From NCBI GenBank assembly GCA_041941795.1, contig CP145872.1:240001-272000 (forward strand): DNA of 32,000 nucleotides, written 5' to 3'. Shown here one piece after another: positions 17,579 through 27,197 of this stretch. Source of the DNA: Candidatus Saccharimonadota bacterium (GTDB taxonomy: Bacteria > Pseudomonadota > Gammaproteobacteria > Enterobacterales > Enterobacteriaceae). How positions within the stretch are numbered: position 1 is the first letter of the stretch; every line of letters begins with the position of its first letter. Under the pieces are notes generated by a model. It saw nothing but the letters and a program-made list of their open reading frames with translations. It ran no database searches and had not been told where the DNA came from. The translations under genes were made by a program, and so were the position numbers.

Positions 17579-19609
17579 ATGGAAGAAATGAAAATACCTT
17601 CTCGTAAAATGCTTGCTAATGCTATTCGTATCCTAACTATAGATGCTGTTGAAACAGCCCAATCAGGACATCCGGGTGCTCCTATGGGAATGGCAGATAT
17701 CGCAGAAGTTTTATGGAGAGATTATTTAAATCACAATCCTACCAATCCTAATTGGTTCAATAGAGATCGGTTCGTCCTTTCTAATGGACATGCTTCAATG
17801 CTAATTTATAGTCTTCTTCATTTAACGGGATATAATTTACCCCTAAGAGAAATAAAAAATTTTCGAAAATTATATTCTAAAACTCCTGGACATCCAGAGA
17901 ATTTACAAACTAGTGGAGTTGAAACTACTACTGGTCCTTTAGGACAAGGTTTAGCAAATGCAGTTGGGATGGCAATAGCCGAGAAAACCTTAGCCGCGCA
18001 GTTTAATAAAGCAGAACATATAATAGTAGATCATTATACTTATGTTTTTGTAGGTGACGGTTGTCTTATGGAAGGAATTTCACATGAAGTGTGTTCCTTA
18101 GCAGGTACTTTAAAATTAGGAAAGATGATTGTTTTCTACGATAAAAATGGTATATCTATAGATGGAAAAGTATCGGGGTGGTTTACAGATGATACAGCAA
18201 AAAGATTTGAATCTTATGGCTGGCATGTAATAGATAAAGTAGATGGTCATGACTCATTATCTATAAGTCAAGCCATTAAAGTAGCTCAAAATTTTACTGA
18301 TAAGCCATCACTTATTATATGTACAACCATTATTGGTTTTGGCTCAGTGCATAAAGCAGGAACACATCAAATTCATGGATCTTCCTTAGGAGCAGATGAA
18401 GTAGAAGCTACTAGACATTCTTTAAAATGGTTTTATCCGTCTTTTTTTATTCCTCAAGAAATTTATTCACAATGGGATGCAAAAGAAGCAGGGAGACAAA
18501 AGGAAGAAATATGGAATAAGAAATTTAGTAAATATCAAAAAAATTTTCCTCAGTTATCATCAGAATTTTTACGTCGTCAACATAATATCCTCCCTGAAAA
18601 TTGGCATAATAACGTTCAAAATTTTATTGAACAACTTCAGCTCCACCCTGATAATATATCAGGTCGACAATCTTCGCAAAATACCTTGCAATTCTTAGGA
18701 AGAATGTTACCCGAATTCTTAGGAGGATCGGCAGATTTAACATCGAGTAATCTAACTTCATGGACAGGTAGTCTATCGATTCAGAAGAATAATAATGGAA
18801 ATTATATTCATTATGGTGTGAGGGAATTTGGAATGACTGCGATAGCAAATGGAATAGCTCTCCATAAAGGATTTTTACCTTATACAGCAACATTTCTCAT
18901 GTTTGTCGAATATGCGCGTAATGCCGTACGCATGGCAGCATTAATGAAAATTCATCAAATCTTGATTTATACTCATGACTCCATTGGAATTGGAGAAGAT
19001 GGACCTACTCATCAACCTGTAGAACAATTATCGAGCTTACGTATGACACCGAATTTAAGTACATGGAGACCATGTGATCAAGTCGAAACTGCAGTAGCTT
19101 GGAAATATGCAATAGAACGTAATAATGGTCCTACGGCATTGATATTATCGCGTCAAACATTATCTCATCAAGATAGATCTCCAGAACAAATAAAGAACAT
19201 TAATAAAGGAGCATATGTTTTAAAAACATGTATTGGAATCCCAGAGGTTATTTTAATATCTACCGGTTCGGAAGTCCAATTAGCTACGTCTGCTTATTCT
19301 TCATTAACTAACGAAGGATATAAAGTGCGAGTAGTGTCTATGCCATCTACAGATGTCTTTGATAAACAAGATTCGGATTACAAAGAACGGGTATTACCAT
19401 CCCGAGTGATTCTACGTATAGCTATTGAAGCTGGATTTAAAGATTATTGGTATAAATATATAGGCTTGCATGGCTCAATATTAGGAATTAATTCCTTTGG
19501 AGAATCGGGAGCGGCAGAAAAACTTTTTCAACACTTTAGTTTGACAGTACCCGAAGTTATTAAAACAGTAAAAAAATTAATTCAGAACAAAAGGCAATAT
19601 AGTGTTTGA
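17579..19609 (+). CDS. tktA: Transketolase
   Basis: 676-aa [34 protein letters not shown] and [13 protein letters not shown] are transketolase signatures. The true start may be the ATG at 17588 ([14 protein letters not shown], cf E. coli MSSRKELANAIR). Confidence 0.95.
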   Translation: MEEMKIPSRKMLANAIRILTIDAVETAQSGHPGAPMGMADIAEVLWRDYLNHNPTNPNWFNRDRFVLSNGHASMLIYSLLHLTGYNLPLREIKNFRKLYSKTPGHPENLQTSGVETTTGPLGQGLANAVGMAIAEKTLAAQFNKAEHIIVDHYTYVFVGDGCLMEGISHEVCSLAGTLKLGKMIVFYDKNGISIDGKVSGWFTDDTAKRFESYGWHVIDKVDGHDSLSISQAIKVAQNFTDKPSLIICTTIIGFGSVHKAGTHQIHGSSLGADEVEATRHSLKWFYPSFFIPQEIYSQWDAKEAGRQKEEIWNKKFSKYQKNFPQLSSEFLRRQHNILPENWHNNVQNFIEQLQLHPDNISGRQSSQNTLQFLGRMLPEFLGGSADLTSSNLTSWTGSLSIQKNNNGNYIHYGVREFGMTAIANGIALHKGFLPYTATFLMFVEYARNAVRMAALMKIHQILIYTHDSIGIGEDGPTHQPVEQLSSLRMTPNLSTWRPCDQVETAVAWKYAIERNNGPTALILSRQTLSHQDRSPEQIKNINKGAYVLKTCIGIPEVILISTGSEVQLATSAYSSLTNEGYKVRVVSMPSTDVFDKQDSDYKERVLPSRVILRIAIEAGFKDYWYKYIGLHGSILGINSFGESGAAEKLFQHFSLTVPEVIKTVKKLIQNKRQYSV

Positions 19610-19670
19610 GTGAGGGTAAAAATAAAATTTTCAATGTTTTGATATTTACATTTTCCGTAAAAATTACTCT

Positions 19671-20655
19671 ATGTTAGAGTAAAAAGAACACTCTTCTGAT
19701 TTTTTCATCCTCATTTTTGGATAAAAAATTTTAATAAAATGATAAAGATCAGGAAATATTCTCATACCAAATGATAGTAAATAGTTCTTAAGAGAAATCA
19801 TACTAGAAACATGGTAATAAAAGAAGAGAGAATTTTTATCTGGAGATTAGTGCTAGATCTCGGTCCAAAACCTGAATCGGTATTTAAAAATAAATATACA
19901 TCAGACGAGAAAGAACAAATGATGATAAAAATTCAGTAACATTATGAAGATTTTTATATTAAAAACTTAAACTACCAATATTTCTTATCATGTTTAGTCT
20001 GAATATTGCTGATTCAAAATCCAGTACTAAAAGTATCCAAAGATATTTATATGGTAGGAAAGTTATTTACTTCTTACCTTAAAATTAATAAGTATATTTA
20101 AATAAAATAAACATAATATAGAAAAAAAGTAGTACTTCGACTTGATCGAATCAATCCGTAACTAATACTACTTTTGTAGTTTTATAAGTCAATGACTAAG
20201 AAAGATAGATTAGATCAGAACCAGTCCCTACTACTAGTAAGTGAGAGGTATCAAACAAAAGTACCGAACAATTAAATAATGTGGTGAGTCATTTATCGAT
20301 CAAAATATTTTTCACTAAAAAGAAGTACTATTTTTATTCACCTTAAGATTAAGGATCTTGGAAAATTAATGATCAAAATAAATAGAAAAAGTAAGGAGAT
20401 AATTAAAAATTTTTCGTAATATAGTAAATATTTATGATGAACATTCTTAGTTTAAATATATTTTTCTCCTATCTTTTGCAAAAAATAGTTATTATTTACA
20501 CTAAAACTAATAATCAGATCATAAAAATTCATATGAGGTTATAATAAATGAAGTAACTTAATGAGATACACATTTAGTAATGATAATGAGTACATTATAA
20601 TATGTACTGTTTTAGTGAAAAATAAAATTCTTATTTTTATTTATCTAAGAGATGA
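19671..20655 (+). pseudogene. epd: Decayed GAPDH-family gene at the erythrose-4-phosphate dehydrogenase position, near full length
   Basis: The 1.05-kb tktA-pgk spacer has no ORF. Matches are colinear with E. coli Epd. VRV at 19673. RKYSHT (cf LKYDTSHG). FLSCLV at about 19985 (cf VLDCTG). From 20143, *SNQSVTN (cf SNASCTTN). At 20209, IRSEPVPTT (cf IESGTVTT). At 20296, RSKYFSL (cf RAASQSI). At 20356, LGKLMIKINR (GAPDH-family L.GKL.G.A.R). At 20582, DNEYIIICTVL (cf DNEWGFANRML), ending just before the pgk start. There are many in-frame stops. Confidence 0.65.
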
Positions 20656-20661
20656 TCGGTT

Positions 20662-21852
20662 ATGTCTATAATGAAAATGACACATTTGAATCTATCAGGA
20701 AAAAGAGTTTTTATTCGGGCAGATTTAAATGTTCCTCTTAATAAAGAGGGAATAGTTACATCAGAAGCCCGAATAAACGCCTTTATCCCCACTATTAAAA
20801 TAGCCCTCAAAAAGGGGGCTAGAATTATGGTGACTTCTCATTTAGGACGGCCAGTAGAAGGAAAATATCAGAAATCATTTTCTCTTGGGCCTATTGTCGA
20901 AGTATTGAAAAAAAAAATTTCTTGTCCTATTCGGTTAGAAAAAAATTATTTAGAAGGATTAGATCTAGCTGAAAATGAAGTAGTAATTCTAGAAAATGTG
21001 AGATTTAATAAGGGAGAGAAGAAAAATGACGAATTATTAGCTAAAAAATATGCATCACTATGCGATATTTTTGTAATGGATGCTTTTGGATCTGCTCATC
21101 GTAAAGATGCTTCCACATATGGTATAATTAAATTCGCCCCTATTGCTTGTGCAGGTCCCCTGTTAGAATTTGAATTAGAAGCTTTAAGTAAAGCAGTCAC
21201 ACAACCGCAGAGACCTATGGTTGCTATAATAGGAGGATCAAAAATTTCTACCAAATTTGATATTTTAAATTATCTAGCTCAAGTTTCGGATAAAGTAATT
21301 GTAGGAGGTGGAATTGCTAATACTTTTGTTGCCATTGAGAATCGAGTAGGAGAATCTTTATATGAACCAGATTTTGTAGAAGCTGCTAAAATATTACGAG
21401 ATAGCTATTACATACCTATTCCCATAGATGTTCGGGTAGGATCTGAATTTTCTGAAATATCACCAGCACTATCAAAAAGTGTTTCGGAAATAGACTCGGA
21501 TGAAGAAATTATGGACTGGGGGGAAAAAACTACTCAAATTATGACCAGCATTATAAAAAAAGCTAAAACCATTCTTTGGAATGGACCAGTAGGTGTTTTT
21601 GAATTTCCCAATTTTAGCACGGGAACTAGAATGATAGCAGAAGCTATTACAGAAAGCCATGCTTATTCTATTGCGGGAGGAGGAGATACTCAAGCCGCAA
21701 TTGAATTATTTGGAGTAGAAAAACATATTTCTTATATTTCTACTGGAGGAGGTGCTTTTTTGTCATTTGTAGAAGGAAAAAAATTACCAGCTATTAGGAT
21801 GCTAGAAGATCGTGCTAAACATTATATTACTAATAATAATCTAGGATTATGA
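20662..21852 (+). CDS. pgk: Phosphoglycerate kinase
   Basis: 396-aa [28 protein letters not shown] matches E. coli [25 protein letters not shown]. Confidence 0.97.
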   Translation: MSIMKMTHLNLSGKRVFIRADLNVPLNKEGIVTSEARINAFIPTIKIALKKGARIMVTSHLGRPVEGKYQKSFSLGPIVEVLKKKISCPIRLEKNYLEGLDLAENEVVILENVRFNKGEKKNDELLAKKYASLCDIFVMDAFGSAHRKDASTYGIIKFAPIACAGPLLEFELEALSKAVTQPQRPMVAIIGGSKISTKFDILNYLAQVSDKVIVGGGIANTFVAIENRVGESLYEPDFVEAAKILRDSYYIPIPIDVRVGSEFSEISPALSKSVSEIDSDEEIMDWGEKTTQIMTSIIKKAKTILWNGPVGVFEFPNFSTGTRMIAEAITESHAYSIAGGGDTQAAIELFGVEKHISYISTGGGAFLSFVEGKKLPAIRMLEDRAKHYITNNNLGL

Positions 21853-21928
21853 AATATCGATATATTAATCTTTTTATTTTAAATCAAAAATATAATAAAA
21901 TACTAAGAATTTAATAAGGGATGATTTT

Positions 21929-23005
21929 ATGTCTAAAATATTAGCTTTTGTGACCCCCGGCGTAATTACAGGAAGTGATGTACAAAAAATATTCGAAATT
22001 GCTAAAAATTATCAATTTGCATTACCTGCCGTCAATTGTATTGGCACAGATTCAATTAATGCCGTTCTTGAAACTGCCGCTCGAGTAAAAGCACCCGTCA
22101 TTATCCAATTTTCAAATAATGGATCCGAGTTTATCGCTGGAAAAGGAGTGCAAAAAGATTCAGTACAAACAAAAGCAGTCCAAGGATCTATATCTGGAGC
22201 TCACCATGTTCATCAACTGGCTCAATATTATGGGGTGCCAGTGATGCTCCATACCGATCACTGTGCCAAAAATTTACTGGCTTGGATTGATGGTATGTTA
22301 GATGCAGGAGAAGAGTACTTTAAGAAAACTGGCAAACCCTTATTTTCTTCTCATATGATTGATCTTTCACAAGAGTCTTTGAAAGAAAATATAGCCATCA
22401 GTAGTCATTATCTCACTAGAATGTCAAAAATAAATATGACCCTAGAAATTGAACTAGGATGTACTGGTGGAGAAGAGGTTGGAATAGATAATAATTCGGT
22501 CCATACAGAATTATATACTCATCCGGAAGATATTAACTTTGCTTATGAAAGACTTAGTAAAATTAGTCCTAATTTTACTATAGCCGCCTCATTTGGTAAT
22601 ATACATGGCGTATACAAACCAGGAAATGTTAAATTAATGCCTACTATTCTGAAAAAATCACAAGCTTATGTAAGTAAAAAACATGGACTCCCTAGAAATC
22701 CATTAAATTTAGTTTTTCATGGTGGATCTGGTTCCTCTCTGAATGAGATCCAAGAATCTATTAGTTATGGAGTCGTTAAAATTAATATTGATACAGATAC
22801 CCAATGGGCTACTTGGCAGGGTATCTTGAATTATTATAAGAAAAATGAAGCCTATTTACAAAGCCAATTAGGTAATCCTGATGGTCTGCACCAACCTAAC
22901 AAAAAATTTTATGATCCACGCAAGTGGATCAGAGCTGGTCAGATCAGTATGAGTACACGGTTAGAAACCGTATTTAGAAACTTAAATGCCATTAATCTTT
23001 TTTAA
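21929..23005 (+). CDS. fbaA: Class II fructose-bisphosphate aldolase
   Basis: 358-aa ORF. MSKI..FV.PGVITG.DVQK.F..AK...FALPAVNC.GTDSINAVLETAA and HTDHCAK match FbaA. Confidence 0.97.
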   Translation: MSKILAFVTPGVITGSDVQKIFEIAKNYQFALPAVNCIGTDSINAVLETAARVKAPVIIQFSNNGSEFIAGKGVQKDSVQTKAVQGSISGAHHVHQLAQYYGVPVMLHTDHCAKNLLAWIDGMLDAGEEYFKKTGKPLFSSHMIDLSQESLKENIAISSHYLTRMSKINMTLEIELGCTGGEEVGIDNNSVHTELYTHPEDINFAYERLSKISPNFTIAASFGNIHGVYKPGNVKLMPTILKKSQAYVSKKHGLPRNPLNLVFHGGSGSSLNEIQESISYGVVKINIDTDTQWATWQGILNYYKKNEAYLQSQLGNPDGLHQPNKKFYDPRKWIRAGQISMSTRLETVFRNLNAINLF

Positions 23006-23061
23006 TTATATTTTGCGTATAACTCTACTTCTATTAAAGTGTTTTAAAATGATATTATCGT

Positions 23062-23880
23062 ATGGAAAATAATGATGTAATTAAAAGTATTAAAGATGCC
23101 GGATTTTGGATGATGCATAATCATTCACTATTATTTAGTTACATAATTAATGTAATATCCGCAATAGCAATAATATGTATTGGGATGGCAGTAGCAAGTA
23201 CTTTTGCTAAAAGTATTAACAGAATATTTTTAGCTCGTCATCTAGATATTACAGTAGCTGATTTTTTATCTATGGTATTACGATATAGTATTATTACTTT
23301 TTCCGTAACCGCAGCATTAAATCGTGTTGGTGTACAAACGGCCTCCATTATAGCTGTACTAGGCGCGGCAGGTTTAGCAGTAGGTTTGGCATTACAAGGA
23401 TCTCTATCTAACTTAGCTGCGGGTGTCCTATTAGTGATTTTTAGACCATTACGAGTAGGAGAATACGTAGACTTAGGAGGAATTAATGGTATAGTACAAC
23501 AAATTCAAATATTTTCTACTACTCTGCTTTCGGCAGATGGTAAAACTATTGTTGTTCCTAATGGAAAAGTTATTTCTGGTAATATTATTAACTATTCTCG
23601 TGAACCAATACGACGATATGAAATGATAATAAGAGTATCTGTAGACTCAGATATTCAGAAAATAAAAAAAATTATCTCTGATATAGTGTACGCAGACTGC
23701 CGAATTATTAAAGAACGTGAAATTACTATAAGATTACATGAAATTAACAGTAATTCTTTAAATTTCATTGTAAGATGGTGGAGTCGAGGTCAAGACTTAC
23801 AAAATGTTTATTGGGATCTATTAGAAACTTTTCAACGTCATCTTATAAAAGAACAAAATAATAAATCCACTATTATTTAA
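23062..23880 (+). CDS. mscS: Small-conductance mechanosensitive channel
   Basis: 272-aa [52 protein letters not shown] is nearly identical to the TM3/beta-domain region of E. coli MscS. Confidence 0.9.
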   Translation: MENNDVIKSIKDAGFWMMHNHSLLFSYIINVISAIAIICIGMAVASTFAKSINRIFLARHLDITVADFLSMVLRYSIITFSVTAALNRVGVQTASIIAVLGAAGLAVGLALQGSLSNLAAGVLLVIFRPLRVGEYVDLGGINGIVQQIQIFSTTLLSADGKTIVVPNGKVISGNIINYSREPIRRYEMIIRVSVDSDIQKIKKIISDIVYADCRIIKEREITIRLHEINSNSLNFIVRWWSRGQDLQNVYWDLLETFQRHLIKEQNNKSTII

Positions 23881-23913
23881 GTCCTTATGTAAGGAGTAGT
23901 ATCATCATAGCTT

Positions 23914-24603
23914 ATGAAAACCTATAACTTAAAACAATCCGCTGCCTGGGCAGCTCTAAAGTATGTTACTCCCGGTTCAATAGTAGGGATAGGTTCAGGA
24001 ACCACAGTCAATTACTTTATTAGCGCTTTAAGCACGATTAAGAATCAAATAGAAGGTACCGTCTCGAGTTCAAATGATTCTACTAATAAACTTAAAAGTT
24101 TAAATATTCCCGTGTTTAGTTGTAATGATGTAGAATCGATTCCTATTTATGTGGATAGTGCAGATGAAATTAATAAACACTTAGAGTTAATAAAAGGTAG
24201 AGGAGGTGCCCTAACTCAAGAAAAAGTAATTTCAGAAGTATCGAAACAATTTATCTGTATTGCTGATTATACTAAATTAGTGAATATTTTAGGTAGAAAA
24301 AATCCTTTACCTATAGAAGTTATACCTATGGCACGGTCATATATTGGTCGAGAAGTAGTAAAGTTAGGAGGCATGCCTAAATATCGTACAGGTATTATTA
24401 CAGAAAACGGAAATATTATTATTGATATATATAATTTATGTATAGTAAATCCTCTGGAAATAGAAGAAAAAATAAATATGTTAAGTGGTGTTGTGACGGT
24501 AGGATTATTTGCTCGACGGAGTGCCGACATAGCTTTAATTAGCACTCTCCAGGGGGTGAATGTTATACATAAAAACAAAAAAGTTATAGAAGAAAAAAAT
24601 TAA
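23914..24603 (+). CDS. rpiA: Ribose-5-phosphate isomerase A
   Basis: 229-aa ORF. AAWAALKYV.PGSIVGIGSGTT, YVDSADEI and KGRGGALT.EK match the RpiA family. Confidence 0.95.
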   Translation: MKTYNLKQSAAWAALKYVTPGSIVGIGSGTTVNYFISALSTIKNQIEGTVSSSNDSTNKLKSLNIPVFSCNDVESIPIYVDSADEINKHLELIKGRGGALTQEKVISEVSKQFICIADYTKLVNILGRKNPLPIEVIPMARSYIGREVVKLGGMPKYRTGIITENGNIIIDIYNLCIVNPLEIEEKINMLSGVVTVGLFARRSADIALISTLQGVNVIHKNKKVIEEKN

Positions 24604-24605
24604 AT

Positions 24606-24680
24606 TATCCTTAATTAAGGATAGGGCGGCACCCTATTGATAATATCTCCCTTCCTGCTTGATCTTTAAAAAAGAGATCA
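24606..24680. terminator. Cluster of three stem-loops just after the rpiA stop codon; candidate terminator region, orientation ambiguous
   Basis: There is an 18-bp perfect palindrome TATCCTTAATTAAGGATA at 24606-24623. ATAGGG-cggca-CCCTAT follows at 24621-24637. TGATCTTT-aaaaa-AGAGATCA follows at 24660-24680. No U-tract follows any of them on the + strand. On the minus strand the first hairpin is followed by ATTTAATTTTTTTC. Confidence 0.3.
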
Positions 24681-24709
24681 AATACCTACTCAGAGTATTT
24701 CTTTATAAA

Positions 24710-25494
24710 ATGAAATTATTTATCACTAAAAGACGCCAAAAATCCTATAGGAAAGCATTGTGAGTCAAATAATTATCAGCTCTATAAGAGTAATCATTCC
24801 ATTACATATTATTCAATATATTTTATTCATATTATCTATATCTTAATATTAAAAATATTTAATCATAAATTATGTGATTTTTTAACTAATTGTAAATATA
24901 CCTCCGTGTTATTCATACATAAAAAAAAATCTTCTGTCTCTATAGAACTCATAATTCATTAGATCTTATGAAAATAAACAATTTTTTTCATGCCCTAGAT
25001 AAGCTTCGCGGAACAAAAATATTCCAATCCCATTACTAATTATAGTATATAAGGTAATTGGATATCCTGGATCCAGGAAATGCGTTTTATTAAATCATCT
25101 GAAGAACAATGTTATTCGTCACAGTTTACTAGCATCCCACAGAGCTATGCAATTAGCTCAACCTGTAATGTTGTTAGAAAATGAAGAAACAGGTAAAATT
25201 TTATATGAAGTTAATAACTGCCTATTGTACGATTATAGAAGCTGAATATAATGCTGGGATTATACATTATCCGACGCATAATAATATTTTTGTATATGAT
25301 GGTGATTTAATATTGGTTGATGCTGATTGTGAATGAGATGGTAAGTGATGATAGTAATAATCTTGCCACCAGGAATGGTATTAACAGTAGAATCAGGTTC
25401 TATATCACCTTATCTAAAAGTTGAGCACTCATATAAAAATAGTGTATCATCATTAATAACCCTGGACATTAAAATTTACCTTCTAATGCAGTAA
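24710..25494 (+). pseudogene. pepP: Decayed Xaa-Pro aminopeptidase gene with frameshifts, stops and an internal deletion of about 100 codons
   Basis: Matches are colinear with E. coli PepP. From the ATG at 24710, MKLFITKRRQKS (cf ..EFQRRRQAL). At 24989-25015, HALDKLRGT (cf SALEKLRKG). At 25068-25109, WIQEMRFIKSSEEQ (cf VVHEMRLFKSPEEI). A frameshift follows, then VIRHSLLASHRAMQLAQP (cf VLRRAGEITAMAHTRAMEKCRP). At 25250-25336, NAGIIHYPTHNNIFVYDGDLILVDADCE* (cf NGCILHYTENECEMRDGDLVLIDAGCEY). At 25363-25398, LPPGMVLTVESG (cf LEPGMVLTVEPG). Confidence 0.75.
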
Positions 25495-25535
25495 AATAAA
25501 TAGCTAAAATATCAAACATAATTAGGATGAATAAA

Positions 25536-25554
25536 TTGTATTTAATAAATACAA
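25536..25554. repeat. 19-bp perfect palindrome upstream of gcvT; function unknown
   Basis: TTGTATTTA-A-TAAATACAA, 88-106 nt upstream of the gcvT ATG. It contains a GTAT-N7-ATAC dyad (T-N11-A pattern). Confidence 0.85.
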
Positions 25555-25641
25555 AATACTCTTTTAATTACCTTTACTAAAGTAGTATTAAATTCTTTGG
25601 AATATACAAATCCCTTTTTCTTAAAAAGAAACTAAATAAAA

Positions 25642-26757
25642 ATGCAACATCCTACTATTTTATTCGATCTCCACAAAAAATGTGGTGCAACAATGATTCA
25701 TTTTCAGAACTGGATTATGCCTCTCCATTATGGTTCCCAAATAACAGAACATAAAGCCGTTCGGAATGATGCAGGGATATTTGATATATCTCATATGTTA
25801 ATTTTAGATTTATATGGTTCCAAGACTCTAAAATTTTTACGGTATCTATTAGCTAATGACGTAGCTAAATTAGTCCATCCGGGCAAAGCTTTATATACTG
25901 GAATGTTAAATCAAGATGGAGGAATCATTGATGATTTAATGGTCTATTTTCTAGACGAAAGCTATTTTAGATTAGTAGTGAATGCGGCAAATCGCAGTAA
26001 AGATTTAGCATGGATTAATTATCATGCTATAAATTTTAATGTCAAACTTAAAATAAGAACCGATTTAGCTTTTATATCTATCCAAGGACCCAATGCACAA
26101 AAAAAAATGCATAGCATTTTAAATGAAAAACAACTAAATGCTGTGGTAAAGTTATTACCATTTTCGAACGTACAAATTGATGAATTATTTATTGCTTATA
26201 CAGGTTATACCGGCGAAAAAGGTTATGAAATTGCTGTTCCGCAAGAAAAAGCGGTAGATTTATGGCATCAATTAATAGGGGCAGGAATTTTACCAGTCGG
26301 ATTAGGAGCCCGAGATACCTTACGGATTGAAGCTGGTATGAATCTCTATGGGAATGAGATGGATGAAAGTATTTCTCCTTTAGAAGCAAATATGGAACGA
26401 ACAATTAGTTGGAAATATCCCCGCAATTTTATAGGTAGAAATGCTTTAAGAATTAAATATAACCATAATAAAAAGAAGTTAGTAGGATTATTAATGAAAG
26501 AAAAAGGAATGTTAAGAAAAAATTGTCTGGTTAGTTTTATGGATAAAAGTGGCGAGAAACAAATAGGGATAATTACAAGTGGCAGTTATTCTCCTACCTT
26601 AGGTCATAGCATAGCTCTAGCGAGGGTGCCATCTACCATTGGAAAGTCCGCTCTAGTATACCTTAATCATAATCTTAAATATCAAAGAATAATTCCTGTA
26701 GAAGTGACTCCTCCTGTTTTTGTTCGTAATGGATTACCCGTAATAAACACTTCTTAA
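25642..26757 (+). CDS. gcvT: Glycine cleavage system T protein (aminomethyltransferase)
   Basis: 371-aa ORF. L...H...[27 protein letters not shown] and [25 protein letters not shown] match E. coli GcvT. Confidence 0.95.
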   Translation: MQHPTILFDLHKKCGATMIHFQNWIMPLHYGSQITEHKAVRNDAGIFDISHMLILDLYGSKTLKFLRYLLANDVAKLVHPGKALYTGMLNQDGGIIDDLMVYFLDESYFRLVVNAANRSKDLAWINYHAINFNVKLKIRTDLAFISIQGPNAQKKMHSILNEKQLNAVVKLLPFSNVQIDELFIAYTGYTGEKGYEIAVPQEKAVDLWHQLIGAGILPVGLGARDTLRIEAGMNLYGNEMDESISPLEANMERTISWKYPRNFIGRNALRIKYNHNKKKLVGLLMKEKGMLRKNCLVSFMDKSGEKQIGIITSGSYSPTLGHSIALARVPSTIGKSALVYLNHNLKYQRIIPVEVTPPVFVRNGLPVINTS

Positions 26758-26775
26758 TTAGATAAGAGTATAAAC

Positions 26776-27165
26776 ATGACCCAAATTATATGCGATTATA
26801 AGTACCGCTCTACTCATGAGTGGGTAAAGCGACTATCTCTAGACTCTGATATTTATATGGTGGGTATTACTGATTATGCACAAAATTTAATCGGCGATAT
26901 AGTTTTTATTGAATTACCGGTAGTTAGTACCGTGTTTAATATCGGCGAAGATTGTGCGGTAGCAGAATCAGTCAAAACTGCTAGTAGTATCTATGCTCCT
27001 CTAACTGGAAAAATTATAGAAATTAATATGTTATTGAATAAAAATCCTGAATTAGTTAACATCCATCCTTATGACCAGGGATGGATATTCAAAATAGAAT
27101 CTTTTAAATCTGATGAAGTAGAATTATTATTAGATGCAGTTAATTATCAAAATATTATAAAATAA
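26776..27165 (+). CDS. gcvH: Glycine cleavage system H protein
   Basis: 129-aa ORF. The lipoyl-lysine context [16 protein letters not shown] (E. coli [16 protein letters not shown]) is intact, as is the GWIFKI motif. Confidence 0.95.
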   Translation: MTQIICDYKYRSTHEWVKRLSLDSDIYMVGITDYAQNLIGDIVFIELPVVSTVFNIGEDCAVAESVKTASSIYAPLTGKIIEINMLLNKNPELVNIHPYDQGWIFKIESFKSDEVELLLDAVNYQNIIK

Positions 27166-27197
27166 GTTTAAACACTTATCATAAAGTTTATTTAGAT

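Noticed and set aside
24604-24880. Possible 6S RNA (ssrS), expected by E. coli synteny between rpiA and pepP. A CTCTGAG string resembling the 6S 5' end occurs on the minus strand near 24691-24697.
   Set aside because: Once the pepP remnant start is placed at 24710, only about 106 bp of unassigned spacer remain, too short for a 6S RNA of about 180 nt. I could not build the closing stem or central bubble. A covariance-model search would settle it.
12901-26404. Other short track ORFs: 12901..13113(-), 14337..14543(-), 18477..18698(+), 18624..18893(-), 21472..21693(-), 24267..24578(-) and 26189..26404(-).
   Set aside because: Each lies wholly within, and mostly antisense to, a strongly supported conserved gene (metK, gshB/ruvX, tktA, pgk, rpiA, gcvT).
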